NCBI RefSeq assembly: GCF_035084215.1
Contig: NW_027139242.1
Location: 372,001-436,000, forward strand
Source of the DNA: Heptranchias perlo
Lineage: Eukaryota
Direction: 5' to 3'
Length of the DNA stretch: 64,000 bases
Below are positions 11,617 through 23,144 of this stretch, piece by piece; the first letter of the stretch is position 1; every line of letters starts with the position of its first letter. The notes under the pieces are model-generated. The model saw nothing but the letters and a program-made list of their open reading frames with translations. It was not told where the DNA came from and did not search any database. The translations under genes and the position numbers were made by a program.

Positions 11617-14314
11617 ACATCAAAAGGTGGAGGTATGGGATCATCCTGGAATATAAAGATAACCCCCGGCTTCTCTTCACTACGAACCGTCTTCTTAAAC
11701 CCCTCTCCCCTGCCCCCTCCACCCTCACCTCCAAAAACAAATGCGAGGAGCTCATGGACTTTGTGACTAAGATTGAGACCATCCGTTCAGCTGCCTCTGT
11801 CACTTCCCTCCCTTCCCCGAGCCCATCGAGCCAAACTTCCCCTCCATTTCCCCCCCTGCCCTAGCCCTGAACTCGCATCTTTCTCCAGTTTCTCTCCTAT
11901 CTCCCATCATACCCTCTCCAAACTCATCCTGACCATGAGACCCACCTCCTGCTCCCTTTACCCTATTCCCACCAAACTGCTGACCACCCAGCTTCCCTTC
12001 CTGGCCCCCATGTAGCTGATATTGTTAACAGTTCCCTCTCCTCAGGCACTGCCGTCATCACCCTCCTCCTCAAAAAACCCCTCTGTCCCTGCAAACTACC
12101 GCCCCATCTCCAACCTCCCTTTCCTCTCCAAAGTCCTTGAACATGTTGTCGCCTCCCAAATCCGTGCCCATCTTTCCCGCAACTCCATGTTTGAATCCCT
12201 CCAATCAGGTTTCTGCCCCTGCCATAGTCTTGAAATGGCCCTTATCAACGTCACAAATGACATCCTATGTGACTGTGACCGTGGTAAACTCTCCCTCCTC
12301 ATCTCTCTCCACCTGTCTGCAGCCTTTGACACGGTTGACCACACCATCCTCCTCCATTGTCCAACTGGGTGGGACTGCACTCGCCTGGTTCTATTCCTAT
12401 CCAGTTGTAGCCAGAGAATCACCTGCAATGGCTTCTTTTCCCGCTCCCGCATTGTTACCTCTGGAGTCCCCCGAGGATCTATCCTTGGCCCCCTCCTATT
12501 TCTCATCTACATGCTGACCCTCGATGACATCATCCGAAAACACGTCAGATTCCACATGTATGCTGACATCACCCAGCTCCACCTCACCACCACCTCTCTC
12601 CGTCCCTCCACTCTCTCTGATTTGTCACACTGCTGATCTGACATCCGGTACTGGATGAGCAGAAATTTCCTCCAATTAAATATTGGGAAGACTGAAGCCA
12701 TTATCTTCAGTCCCCGCCACCCACTCCATCCCTCTCCCCGGCCACTGTCTGAGGCTGAACCAGACCGTTCACAATCCCAACGTCCTATTTGACCCTGAGA
12801 TGAGCTTCCGACCCCGTATCCGCTCCATCACCAAGACCGACTACTTCCACCTCCGTAACATCGCCCGTCTCCACTCCTGCCTCAGCTCACCTGCTATTGA
12901 AACCCTCATCTATGCTTTTGTTACCTCTAGACTGGATTATTCCAATGCTCTCCTGGCCGGCCTCCCATCTTCCACCGTCCATAAACTTGAGTTCGTCCAT
13001 AACTCTGCTGCCCCGTATACTAACTCGCACCAAGTCCCGTTCACCCATCACCCCTGGTGCTCGCTGACCTCCATTGGCTCCTGGTCCACGAACACCTCAA
13101 TTTTTAAAATTGCTCATCTTTATGTTCAAATCCCTCCAAGCCTCGCCCCTCCCTATCTCTGTAACCTCCTCCAGCCCTCTGACAGCTCTGCGTTCCTCCA
13201 ACTCTGGCCTCTTGTGCTATACCTCTTCCTTCGCCCCACCATTGGCGGCTATGCCTTCAGCTGCCTAGGCCCTAAGCTCTTGAATTCCCTTCCCAAAACT
13301 CTTCGCCTCTCTACCTCTCTCTCCACCTGTAAGACTCAGCTTAAAACCTACCTCTTTGATCAACCTTTTGGTCACCTGTCCTAATGCCTCCATCTTTGGT
13401 TCGGTGTCAGTTTTATTTGTCTGATTACACTCCTGTGAAGCAGTCCGTGCCCGCATGCAGCAAGACCTGGACAACATCCAGGCTTGGGCTGATAAGTGGC
13501 AAGTAACATTCGTGCCAGACAAGTGCCAGGCAATGACCATCTCCAACAAGAGAGAATCTAACCACCTCCCCTTGACATTCAACAGCATTACCATCGCCGA
13601 ATCCCCCACCATCAACATCCTGGGGGTCACCATTGACCAGAAACTTAACTGGACCAGCCACATAAATACTGTGGCTACAAGAGCAGGTCAGAGGCTGGGT
13701 ATTCTGCGGCGAGTGACTCGCCTCCTGACTCCGCAAAGCCTTTCCACCATCTACAAGGCACAAGTCAGGAGTGTGATGGAATACTCTCCACTTGCCTGGA
13801 TGAGTGCAGCTCCAACAACACTCAAGAAGCTCGACACCATCCAAGACAAAGCAGCCCACTTGATTGGTACCCCATCCACCACCCTAAACATTCACTCCCT
13901 TCACCACCGGCGCACAGTGGCTGCAGTGTGTACCATCCACAGGATGCACTGCAGCAACTCGCCAAGGCTTCTTCGACAGCACCTCCCAAACCCACGACCT
14001 CTACCACCTAGGACAAGGGCAGCAGGTACATGGGAACAACACCACCTGCACGTTCCCCTCCAAGTCAAACACCATCCCGACTTGGAAATATATCGCCGTT
14101 CCTTCATCGTCGCTGGGTCAAAATCCTGGAACTCCCTTCCTAACAGCACTGTGGGAGAACCGTCACCACACGGACTGCAGCGGTTCAAGAAGGCGGCTCA
14201 CCACCACCTTCTCAAGGGATGCTGGCCTTGCCAGACGCCCTCATCCCATAAAAAAAAGCGCCTTGGGACGTTTTACTACATTAAAGGCGCTATATAAATG
14301 CAAGTTGTTGTTGT
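11617..14314 (+). mobile_element. L2 LINE with its 3'UTR interrupted at 13441-14256
   Basis: NYRPISNLPFLSKVLE, AFDTVDH, FVTSRLDYSN; tail GGCGCTATATAAATGCAAG(TTG)n resumes at about 14257. Confidence 0.88.
13441..14256 (+). mobile_element. CR1/L2-group LINE 'family B' 3' fragment with A tail
   Basis: QQDLDNIQAWADKWQV...ILGVTIDQKLNWTSHI; same family at 23145-26790 and 52940-54072. Confidence 0.85.
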
Positions 14315-14838
14315 TATACCCCCACTAATTGCATTTGCCTCGGCCCAAAAATATCATTAAATATTTCTTATCACTGAAAGCAAACACAAAAATAAACTGT
14401 TCACAAATGGGTGAGTGTAGGGTCAGGGTGCAAGCGTTTATGTCCCACTCGCAAACTGGACCAAGAGGGATGGAATCAAAAAGGTGATGTGAATACAACC
14501 TGCCTTCAGGTGAATCCAGGCAGATAGAAAGGATGGTGGTGACAATTCCACAGCACTGTTCTCTCCCTGTACAGTCACATTCTGACCATTGTGTCATCGT
14601 CTTTAGGTCATAACACACAAACATTCTTTTTGGACCCACCACAACCACAGTTAACCAGCTCCAAGACAGTGACTTGTTAAAGTTACTGTTTGTGAAAACA
14701 AGTCTCTATAGAGGCTGAAAGGGAACACGGAACGTTTCTGTGTGCTGTGGGATAGTGCCTCTGATCCTCCGTCTCCATGGCGTTTGTCAGCAGGTAAGAG
14801 GAGGGCAGGGAGCACGCATGTATTGATGTCACAGCACC

Positions 14839-16308
14839 ATGGATGATGGGGTAGTCCTGAAAAAACGGGGCTACACCTTGGGCGTCAACCTGGGAGAGGG
14901 GTCCTATGCCAAAGTCAAGTCCGCCTACTCTGACCGTCTGAAGACCAATGTGGCCGTTAAAATCATTGACAGGAGGAAGGCTCCTGCTGATTTCCTGGAG
15001 AAGTTTCTACCCCGGGAACTGGAGATCTTGGCCATGCTCAATCATCGCTACATAGTCAAAACCTTTGAGATTTTCGAGACTTCCGATGGAAAGGTTTACA
15101 TTATTATGGAGCTGGGTGTTCAGGGAGATTTACTGGAATTCATTAAAACCAGGGGGGCATTGCCTGAAGAGGTATCCCGCAAGATGTTCCGCCAGCTAGC
15201 ACTGGCCGTCAAGCACTGTCACGAGCTGGATGTCGTCCATCGGGATCTCAAGTGTGAGAACCTTCTCCTGGATAAGGACTTCAATATCAAACTCTCCGAC
15301 TTTGGTTTTGCCAAACGGTGCAGTACAGATGATCAGGGGAGACCTTTGCTCAGTAAAACCTTCTGTGGCTCCGCAGCATATGCAGCCCCTGAAGTTCTAC
15401 AGGGGATCCCTTACCAGCCCAAAGTGTACGATGTTTGGAGTCTTGGGGTGATCCTTTTCATCATGGTGTGTGGATCGATGCCGTACGATGACTCAAACAT
15501 CAAAAGAATGCTCAGGATCCAGAAGGAGCACAGAGTGGATTTTCCTCGCTCAAAAGTGGTGCCTGCAGATTGCAAGGAGCTGATCTATCGTATGCTGCAC
15601 CCGGACACGACCAAACGGCTCACCATCGACGAGGTTCTGGAACATCCCTGGCTCTTCTCTGCCAAAATGAAAGAACCCCCTGCACTGAAAAAAGTGGAAC
15701 CCGGCGCAGAGAAGAGGGAAGATAAGCATGGGCACACGAAGGAAGAGAAGCACGAGGGAAAAAGTGAGCGGAAACATGACCCAAAGTACCAGTGGGAGGT
15801 GGAAGCAGGCCATGAATGGGTGGACATGAAACATGAGGCAAAGCACGAATGGATGAACATGAAACGGGACAAGGCGGACGGCAAGCACGAGGCACATACT
15901 GAGCGCAAAGAGGAGGCTAGGTCTGAGGGAAAATATGACTCCAAGGAATCAGGCTCACCTCAGTCAAGGTCTGACGATGCAAAGCACCAACCGAAAAGTG
16001 GGCTGAAAGCTGACCAAAAGAATGGAGCAAAACCAGATCCCAAGACAGGGTCAAAGCAGGAGAAGATCCCAAATCACGAAACCAAAGCTGAAATTGAGAA
16101 ACTGGAACCGAAAACGCAACAGAGCAGCAGGCGCAAATCGAGAAGCTTCAGACTAAACGACGAGGACCAGCCCGATGACAGTGAGGTCTACCCCGACCAG
16201 GAGAGCTTCATAGAAGCACAAAGCAAGGCAGAGTTGAAAAAAATTAGTTCCAAAAAGTCTAAATCTGTTGAAAAAAAGGGCAAGCATTCGAGCAAATCTC
16301 GCACCTAG
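14839..16308 (+). CDS. TSSK1/2: Intronless testis-specific serine/threonine kinase, TSSK1/TSSK2 co-ortholog, 489 aa
   Basis: [62 protein letters not shown] closely match mammalian TSSK1/2; Kozak GCACCATGG; syntenic position. Confidence 0.95.
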   Translation: MDDGVVLKKRGYTLGVNLGEGSYAKVKSAYSDRLKTNVAVKIIDRRKAPADFLEKFLPRELEILAMLNHRYIVKTFEIFETSDGKVYIIMELGVQGDLLEFIKTRGALPEEVSRKMFRQLALAVKHCHELDVVHRDLKCENLLLDKDFNIKLSDFGFAKRCSTDDQGRPLLSKTFCGSAAYAAPEVLQGIPYQPKVYDVWSLGVILFIMVCGSMPYDDSNIKRMLRIQKEHRVDFPRSKVVPADCKELIYRMLHPDTTKRLTIDEVLEHPWLFSAKMKEPPALKKVEPGAEKREDKHGHTKEEKHEGKSERKHDPKYQWEVEAGHEWVDMKHEAKHEWMNMKRDKADGKHEAHTERKEEARSEGKYDSKESGSPQSRSDDAKHQPKSGLKADQKNGAKPDPKTGSKQEKIPNHETKAEIEKLEPKTQQSSRRKSRSFRLNDEDQPDDSEVYPDQESFIEAQSKAELKKISSKKSKSVEKKGKHSSKSRT

Positions 16309-16422
16309 ATATCCAGAGACATGAAAACTTCAAACATCCAGTAAAAAAGGACTGCTTTCATGAAAGTTATTTATAAGTCCGCCTGGATCACTGTGATCTG
16401 TTTTTCTGTCTTCTGAAAATCT

Positions 16423-16442
16423 AATAAAGAACCAGGAATAAA
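16423..16442 (+). terminator. Two AATAAA polyadenylation signals for TSSK
   Basis: AATAAA at 16423-16428 and 16437-16442, about 120 nt after the stop codon. Confidence 0.65.
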
Positions 16443-17389
16443 CTGATAAACCTTTAATATTTACAGTGGGCCCACAGCAATTTATTATTATAGGACATCT
16501 GCGAGTGGCAAAACCAAAGAGCTGGGAACTGGGGACACACAGTGGCTCAGTCAGCATGTGAAAGGGAAAAGACAGATTCGGGTAGAGGTCCGAGAAAAGA
16601 AAAAGGGGTTCGCTCTACACGATCGGGCAAAACTGGGGGAGGGAACAGGTCAAGGGTCAATGGAGGGGGATATTCTGAAAGGTATATTCTATGGGTCAGA
16701 ATGCTGCTTGCAAGAAGGATCCTGAGCTCCATGCTTTGCTGCACCAACTCCCACTCCATGAACACTCCTGCTCTCAGGCATCTCCCGATCTGAACCATTC
16801 TGGCTACAGTCTGAATTATGCTCACACCCGGCTTTGCTCCATTCCATTTTTGCACCATTTCACTCACTTTTCACTGACTCCTAATCATTCAACTTACAGC
16901 AGCCTAGTGATTCTGGACTTGGACCAGGAACCCAGAGGTCAGGAATTCAAATGGCAAACTGTGAAACTGAACTCAGTAAATGTAGTCATTTGTGGAATCA
17001 CCAGAAATTAACCATGGAATCTGTCAGATTGTTGTAAAAACCCAACTGGGTCACTAATGTCCTTCAGAGAAGGGGACCTGCCATCCCTCCACCCCCTCCC
17101 CTCGCCCCACCCCCTCCCCTCGCCCCCTCCCCTCCCCTCGCCTCACCTCGCCCCACCCCCTCCCCTCGCCTCGCCCCACCCCCTCCCCTCCCCCACCCCT
17201 CCCCAGTCAGACTGACAGGAGTCTCCAGTCCCACACTGTGCCCTCAAGGATCGTGGGGTCAGACAATAACTACTGCACACAAGAACAAAAATATTCACCT
17301 CTTTACAGTCTTCTTAAAGAAATCTATTCACAATTCATCAAGCTGCTTTTTCATGTAGTACTGGGTACATCTGTATCGAGCCTCTCCTA

Positions 17390-18985
17390 GCACTTGCCCC
17401 TCACCTCTAAATAAAGAGGAGGTACTTAAAAGATGGGCAATACTCAAAATAGAAAAGTCTCCCTGTCTGGATGGGGTGCAACCTAGGTTAGAGGGAAATA
17501 AGGGTGGAAATTGTGGAGGCTCTGGCCACAATCTTCCAATTCTCCTTAGAGATGGGGACCGTGCCCAAGGACCGGAGGATTGTAAATGTTACACCCAATC
17601 AAAAAAAGGGAGGGATAAACCCGGCAATTACAGGCCCGTCAGCCTAACGTCGGTGGTGGGGAACTTTTTAGAGACAATACTCCAGGACAAAATTAATTGT
17701 CACTTGGAAAAGTCTGGGCTAATAAATGAAAGTCAGCACGGATTTGTTAAAGGAAAATCATGTTTCACTAACTTGATTGAGTTTTTTGATGAAGTAACGG
17801 AGAGGGTCGATGAGGGTAGTGTGGTTGATGTTGTGTATATGAACTTTCAAAAGTCATTTGATAAAGTACCACATAATAGGCTTATTAGCAAAATTAAAGC
17901 CCATGGGATTAAAGGGACAGTGGCAGAGTGGATACAAAATTGGCTAAGGGACAGAAAGCAGAGAGTAGTGGTGAACGATTGTTTTTCAGACTGGAGGGAA
18001 GTATACAGTGGTGTTCCCCAGGGGTCAGTATTAGGACCACTGCTCTTTTTGATATATATTAATGACCTGAACTTGGGTATAGAGGGTATAATTTCAAAGT
18101 TTGCAGGTGACAAAGCTCAGAAATGTAGTAAACAGTGAGGAGGATATAACAGACTTCAGGACATAGACAGACTGGTGAAACTGGCAGATACAGGTCAGAT
18201 CAAATTTAACACAGAGAAGTGCAAAGTGATGCATTTTGGTAGGAAGAATGAGGCAATATAAACTAAATGGTACAATTTTAAAGGGGGTGCAGGAACAGAG
18301 AGAACTGGGGGTTTATGAACACAAATCTTTGAAGGTGGCAGGACAAGTTGAGAAGGCTGTTTAAAAAAGTATTTGGGATTCTGGGCTTTATTAATAGAGG
18401 CATAGAGTACAAAAGCAAGGAAGTTAAAACACTGGTTAGGCCTCAGCTGGAATATTGTGTTCAATTCTGGGCTTTAGAAAGGATGTCAAGGCCTTAGAGA
18501 GGATGCAGAGGAGATTTACTACATTGGTTCCAGGGATGAGGTGCTTCAGTTATGTGGAGAGACTGGAGAAGCTGGGGTTGTTCTCCTTAGAGCAGAGAAG
18601 GTTAAGAGGAGATTTGATAGAGGTGTTCAAAATCTTGAATGGTTTTGATAGAGTAAATAAGGAGAAACTGTTTCCACTGGCAGGAGGGTCGGTAACCAGA
18701 GGACACAGATTTAAGATAATTGGTAAAAGAATCAGGGGCGACATGAGGAAAAAAATGTTTACACAGCGAGTTATAATGATCTGGAGTGCGCTGCCTGAAA
18801 GGGTGGTGGAAGCAGATTCAATAATAACTTTCAAAAGGGAGTTGGATAAATACTTGAAGGGAAAAAAATTACAGGGCTATGGGGAAAGAGCAGGGGAGTG
18901 GGACTAAATGGACAGCTCATTCAAAAAGCCAGCACAGGCACGATGGGCTGAATGGCCTCCTCCTGTGCTGTAACATTCAATGATA
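17390..18985 (+). mobile_element. Degenerate CR1 LINE
   Basis: [37 protein letters not shown] and a CR1 3' end. Confidence 0.9.
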
Positions 18986-19774
18986 GTCTATTGGGCCCAG
19001 TGCCTCCACATCTTCCCCCAAAACCTTGATCCGTCTTTTCTCTTTCAGGTGCTGACTGACGCAGCATGAAGTTCCTGCGTTTACAGTTCTTATCTTTTAT
19101 TACTGAGGCACAAGTTAATTCATTACTTGACAGAGAGACGATTCGATAACAAGAAATACAACAGAATATTCTCAACCAATGTCCTGCTCCAGCAGACTGT
19201 GTACTCACTTGGTGGCTGGTGAACCTGGCCTTTATGGGTCCATTAAAAAGATGGTACAGCAAATAAACAGAGAGGAGAGGGAGGGGGTGGTAATTCAGCT
19301 CCCCATCTCCTGTCATGAAACGATACGTTGCTCAACATCCAACACAGACCCAATATCGAGCCTAGTGCAGGGGCGAGAGCAGGGCTTCTCTTACCCACAC
19401 ATACCCAACACACTCAAATAATCTTCAGTCAAGTCTTACTAAGACATCTCCAGGCCTCTGAACATCTGGGTAGAGCTCCCACCACTGCTCAGTGAGTGAG
19501 CGAGGGCTCTCCCTGGGGACAGGACCGAGTGAGGGCACTCCCTGGGGACTGAGTGCTACATTCGGAAGGTCCCAGGTCCTGGCCTAGGCCGGGCCAATCT
19601 CAGCTGCTTGGCAGCTGGGGAATTGCGATGAGCCTCTGCACCCCAAATGCTGCTGGGGGTAGGGAAGGGGTGTGGGGGTGAAAAGGTTTCTCTGCTGATT
19701 CAGTTTCCAGCGATTCCTGGTACAAACTGTGCATGAACACTGGGAGAGGACGGGAAGACCAGGCTCATGGACTA

Positions 19775-20532
19775 AACCCCAGTCAGGGTCAGGGCCTGTG
19801 CCACTGAACCCCAGTGAGGGTCAGGGCCTGTGCCACTGAACCCCAGTGAGGGTCAGGGTCTGTGCCACTGAACCCCAGTGAGGGTCAGGGTCTGTGCCAC
19901 TGAACCCCAGTGAGGGTCAGGGTCTGTGCCACTGAACCCCAGTGAGGGTCAGGGTCTGTGCCACTGAACCCCAGTGAGGGTCAGGGCCTGTGCCACTGAA
20001 CCACAGTGAGGGTCAGGGCCTGTGCCACTGAACCCCAGTGAGGGTCAGGGCCTGTGCCACTGAACCCCAGTGAGGGTCAGGGTCTGTGCCACTGAACCCC
20101 AGTGAGGGTCAGGGCCTGTGCCACTGAACCCCAGTGAGGGTCAGGGCCTGTGCCACTGAACCCCAGTGAGGGTCAGGGCCTGTGCCACTGAACCCCAGTG
20201 AGGGTCAGGGCCTGTGCCACTGAACCCCAGTGAGGGTCAGGGTCTGTGCCACTGAACCCCAGTGAGGGTCAGGGCCTGTGCCACTGAACCCCAGTGAGGG
20301 TCAGGGCCTGTGCCACTGAACCCCAGTGAGGGTCAGGGTCTGTGCCACTGAACCCCAGTGAGGGTCAGGGCCTGTGCCACTGAACCCCAGTGAGGGTCAG
20401 GGTCTGTGCCACTGAACCCCAGTGAGGGTCAGGGTCTGTGCCACTGAACCCCAGTGAGGGTCAGGGTCTGTGCCACTGAACCCCAGTGAGGGTCAGGGCC
20501 TGTGCCACTGAACCCCAGTGAGGGTCTGGGCC
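19775..20532. repeat. 32-bp minisatellite (GAACCCCAGTGAGGGTCAGGGYCTGTGCCACT)
   Basis: About 23 near-identical tandem copies between TSSK and ESS2. Confidence 0.97.
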
Positions 20533-20995
20533 TTCAGAAGAGATCAGGAGAGAAAGCAAACCAGACTTTACCATATTTACATATTAAAACCACCCAGCCC
20601 AGCACTCAGAACTAAAGCCCCAATTTAATACAGATGTGATGCTGTCTCCTCCATGTGAAAGGGTCAGAGGTTAATGTTGAACAGATGAGAAGGGGGTTGG
20701 TTTGGAGCTAACGGGAGGTGAGCCAACACTGAAAAGATTAGAAAGAAATGGAAATATTTCCCCCGGAGTTCTGGGGGAAAGGCTTCAAACATTTGCTTCA
20801 TGGTGACTGCTGTTATACCGCAAGCAGCGTCAGGCGATGCCTTGTTATCTCGCATGGCCTGGTAATGTGCAGTTTAACAAGTCCGTGACTGAACTCAGAC
20901 AAACCCCACACAATGTCACACAAGAGATTTACAAGTAGTGTCGGGGATGGAGCAGAAATCAGCGGAAAAGTCCAGCCTTCACCCAAAGAGGCCAG

Positions 20996-21001
20996 TTTAT
21001 T
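20996..21001 (-). terminator. Likely ESS2 polyadenylation signal
   Basis: AATAAA on the minus strand about 300 nt after the ESS2 stop. Confidence 0.55.
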
Positions 21002-21149
21002 GAATGAGAAGAATCGGTGGGAGGGGCAGGTGAATGTCGACCGGTGTACAGATGGAATCGTCCTTCATTCTTAAACATCCCCATTATCAGTCCAGCAAAT
21101 ATCAGTTGGTTTCCAATTCCTCTTGGTCACTTTGGGGAAACAAAGGAGA

Positions 21150-21283
21150 GCGCGGCCCGAGCTCGGAGAGACGCGGCCCGAGCTCGGAGAGACGCGGCCC
21201 GAGCTCGGAGAGACGCGGCCCGAGCTCGGAGAGACGCGGCCCGAGCTCGGAGAGACGCGGCCCGAGCTCGGAGAGACGCGGCC
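21150..21283. repeat. 21-bp CpG-rich tandem repeat in the ESS2 3'UTR
   Basis: (CGCGGCCCGAGCTCGGAGAGA) about 6 copies. Confidence 0.95.
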
Positions 21284-21297
21284 CCTCATGTCCAGCA

Positions 21298-21568
21298 CTA
21301 GAAGAAGTCGGCTGCTTTCTTTCTCTTGGGCAGCTGCAGCAGGTTATCAGTGATGGAGGTGGGGTCCTGGCTGTTCGGGGTGTGGGTACTAGTGGGTACC
21401 TTAGGGGTCCCGTCAGCAGCTGGTGTCTTGCACCGTGGTGTTCCTTTGTGTGCCGGGGAGGGCGTGTAACTGGCGCGTAAAGCTTTGTCCGTATACTTGC
21501 TGGAAGTCCGGTTAACAAGTCGCTGCAGAGCTGGCGACATCACAGGGCTGATTCCGTGCGGAGAGAGG
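21298..21568 (-). CDS. ESS2: ESS2 exon 10 (last coding exon)
   Basis: MSPALQRLV...[13 protein letters not shown]...[19 protein letters not shown]; acceptor ttcacag, phase 2. Confidence 0.95.
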
Positions 21569-21717
21569 CTGTGAACGAGGAGAAAGCAACAGAAATAAAT
21601 CAACGGTGAACAGACCAGCCCCCCCTCACTCACCAAGGCCAAAATAACATTTGTCCTCTCAGAAACAAATCCCCGTGAACCAGTGATTCCACGAATAAAA
21701 CCGCACAGAGTTTACAT

Positions 21718-22143
21718 CCCTCCCCCCACACTCCCCGTCCCTCCCCCACACTCCCCGTCCCTCCCCCACACTCCCCGTCCCTCCCCCACACTCCCCGTCC
21801 CTCCCCCACACTCCCCGTCCCTCCCCCACACTCCCCGTCCCTCCCCCACACTCCCCGTCCCTCCCCCACACTCCCCGTCCCTCCCCCACACTCCCCGTCC
21901 CTCCCCCACACTCCCCGTCCCTCCCCCACACTCCCCGTCCCTCCCCCACACTCCCCGTCCCTCCCCCTCCCCCCCCCAACCACTCCCTCCCCCTCCCCCC
22001 CCCAACCACTCCCTCCCCCTCCCCCCCCCAACCACTCCCTCCCCCTCCCCCCCCCAACCACTCCCTCCCCCTCCCCCCCCCAACCACTCCCTCCCCCTCC
22101 CCCCCCCAACCACTCCCTCCCCCTCCCCCCCCCAACCACTCCC
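21718..22143. repeat. Two adjacent C-rich minisatellites (20 bp, then about 29 bp) in ESS2 intron 9
   Basis: (CTCCCCCACACTCCCCGTCC)n followed by (CCCTCCCCCTCCCCCCCCCAACCACT)n. Confidence 0.93.
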
Positions 22144-22410
22144 TTTTCAGGGGCCGGGCAGTGAAGGGAAGGAGAGAAAGGGACCGAAACGCTCCAAGGC
22201 AAATTTCAATTCCTCACTCGACTGCCATCAACCAGTAAGAGCAAGTTGGGGCCCTCACTGCAGCCTGCAACTCACTTCAAGCCCGGCCCGGCCCGGCCCC
22301 TCACACGGCCCGGCCTCCAGGCAAACAGAAGCGGTGAGCCGACACACCGAGCCCTGGAGCAGGACACCACCTGTCTCTGTGCAGACTCAAACTCCAGTGC
22401 CTGCACTCAC

Positions 22411-22526
22411 CTGACCAGACTCTCTGTGGCCTTCCGCAAGGCCTCCTGCTTCTTGGTTCTATTCTTGGCAGCGACCTCATTGACCATTTTTAGCCCCAAC
22501 CTCTCTCTCCGGCCTGGTTCCAGAAT
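22411..22526 (-). CDS. ESS2: ESS2 exon 9
   Basis: ILEPGRRERLGLKMVNEVAAKNRTKKQEALRKATESLV; 116 nt; ag/gtgagt boundaries. Confidence 0.95.
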
Positions 22527-22944
22527 CTGTGGCAAAGGGATCACATATCAAGGATTAGAAGCAAATCAGGTGGATTTCTTAAACCACATACTTCACTCTT
22601 TCCGCAGAGATCGGCGCCCCCCCGAGATGATGGAGTAGAGATCCTCGGGCACGGCTGCCTCTGTATAACACCCAAGTGCCAACTCTTTGTTTGCAAATCG
22701 AGGCTTTAAATGTTGCTTCAATCACAGGGCGTGGGGAGGGGATCACAGGCCAGCCCTCACTCACCACCAATCAGACACATCCAACTTGGGGAAACGGAGG
22801 ACGATGTCAGCATCCTCCCCCTGTCCCCGTCGCTAATTCAGGGCAGAGGGGCCGGCTGGAACAATCCAACTACAATCTGATATTTCATATCTCTCCCAAA
22901 CCCCAACAACACAGCACTGACCACAGTGTGTAACGGGGACAAGA

Positions 22945-23095
22945 GCGAGGGCGAGGGCAGGCCGCGGGCGGCCAACGGGCGAGGGGAGGCCGCGGGCGGC
23001 CAACGGGCGAGGGCGAGCGGAGGCCGCGGGCGGCCAACGGGCGAGGGCGAGCGGAGGCCGCGGGCGGCCAACGGGCGAGGGCGAGCGGAGGCCGC
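22945..23095. repeat. GC-rich tandem repeat, about 31-bp unit
   Basis: GGGCGAGGGCGAGCGGAGGCCGCGGGCGGCCAAC units. Confidence 0.85.
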
Positions 23096-23144
23096 ATGTG
23101 TTGATCTGTGAAACGATTGAGGAAAGGGATGAAGAGTTCGCCTT

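Noticed and set aside
17085-17205. C-rich tract as a regulatory element
   Set aside because: Low-complexity (CCCCT)n-like sequence with no further support.
19775-20532. CRISPR-like regular array (also 61085-63310)
   Set aside because: No unique spacers, no cas genes, vertebrate context.
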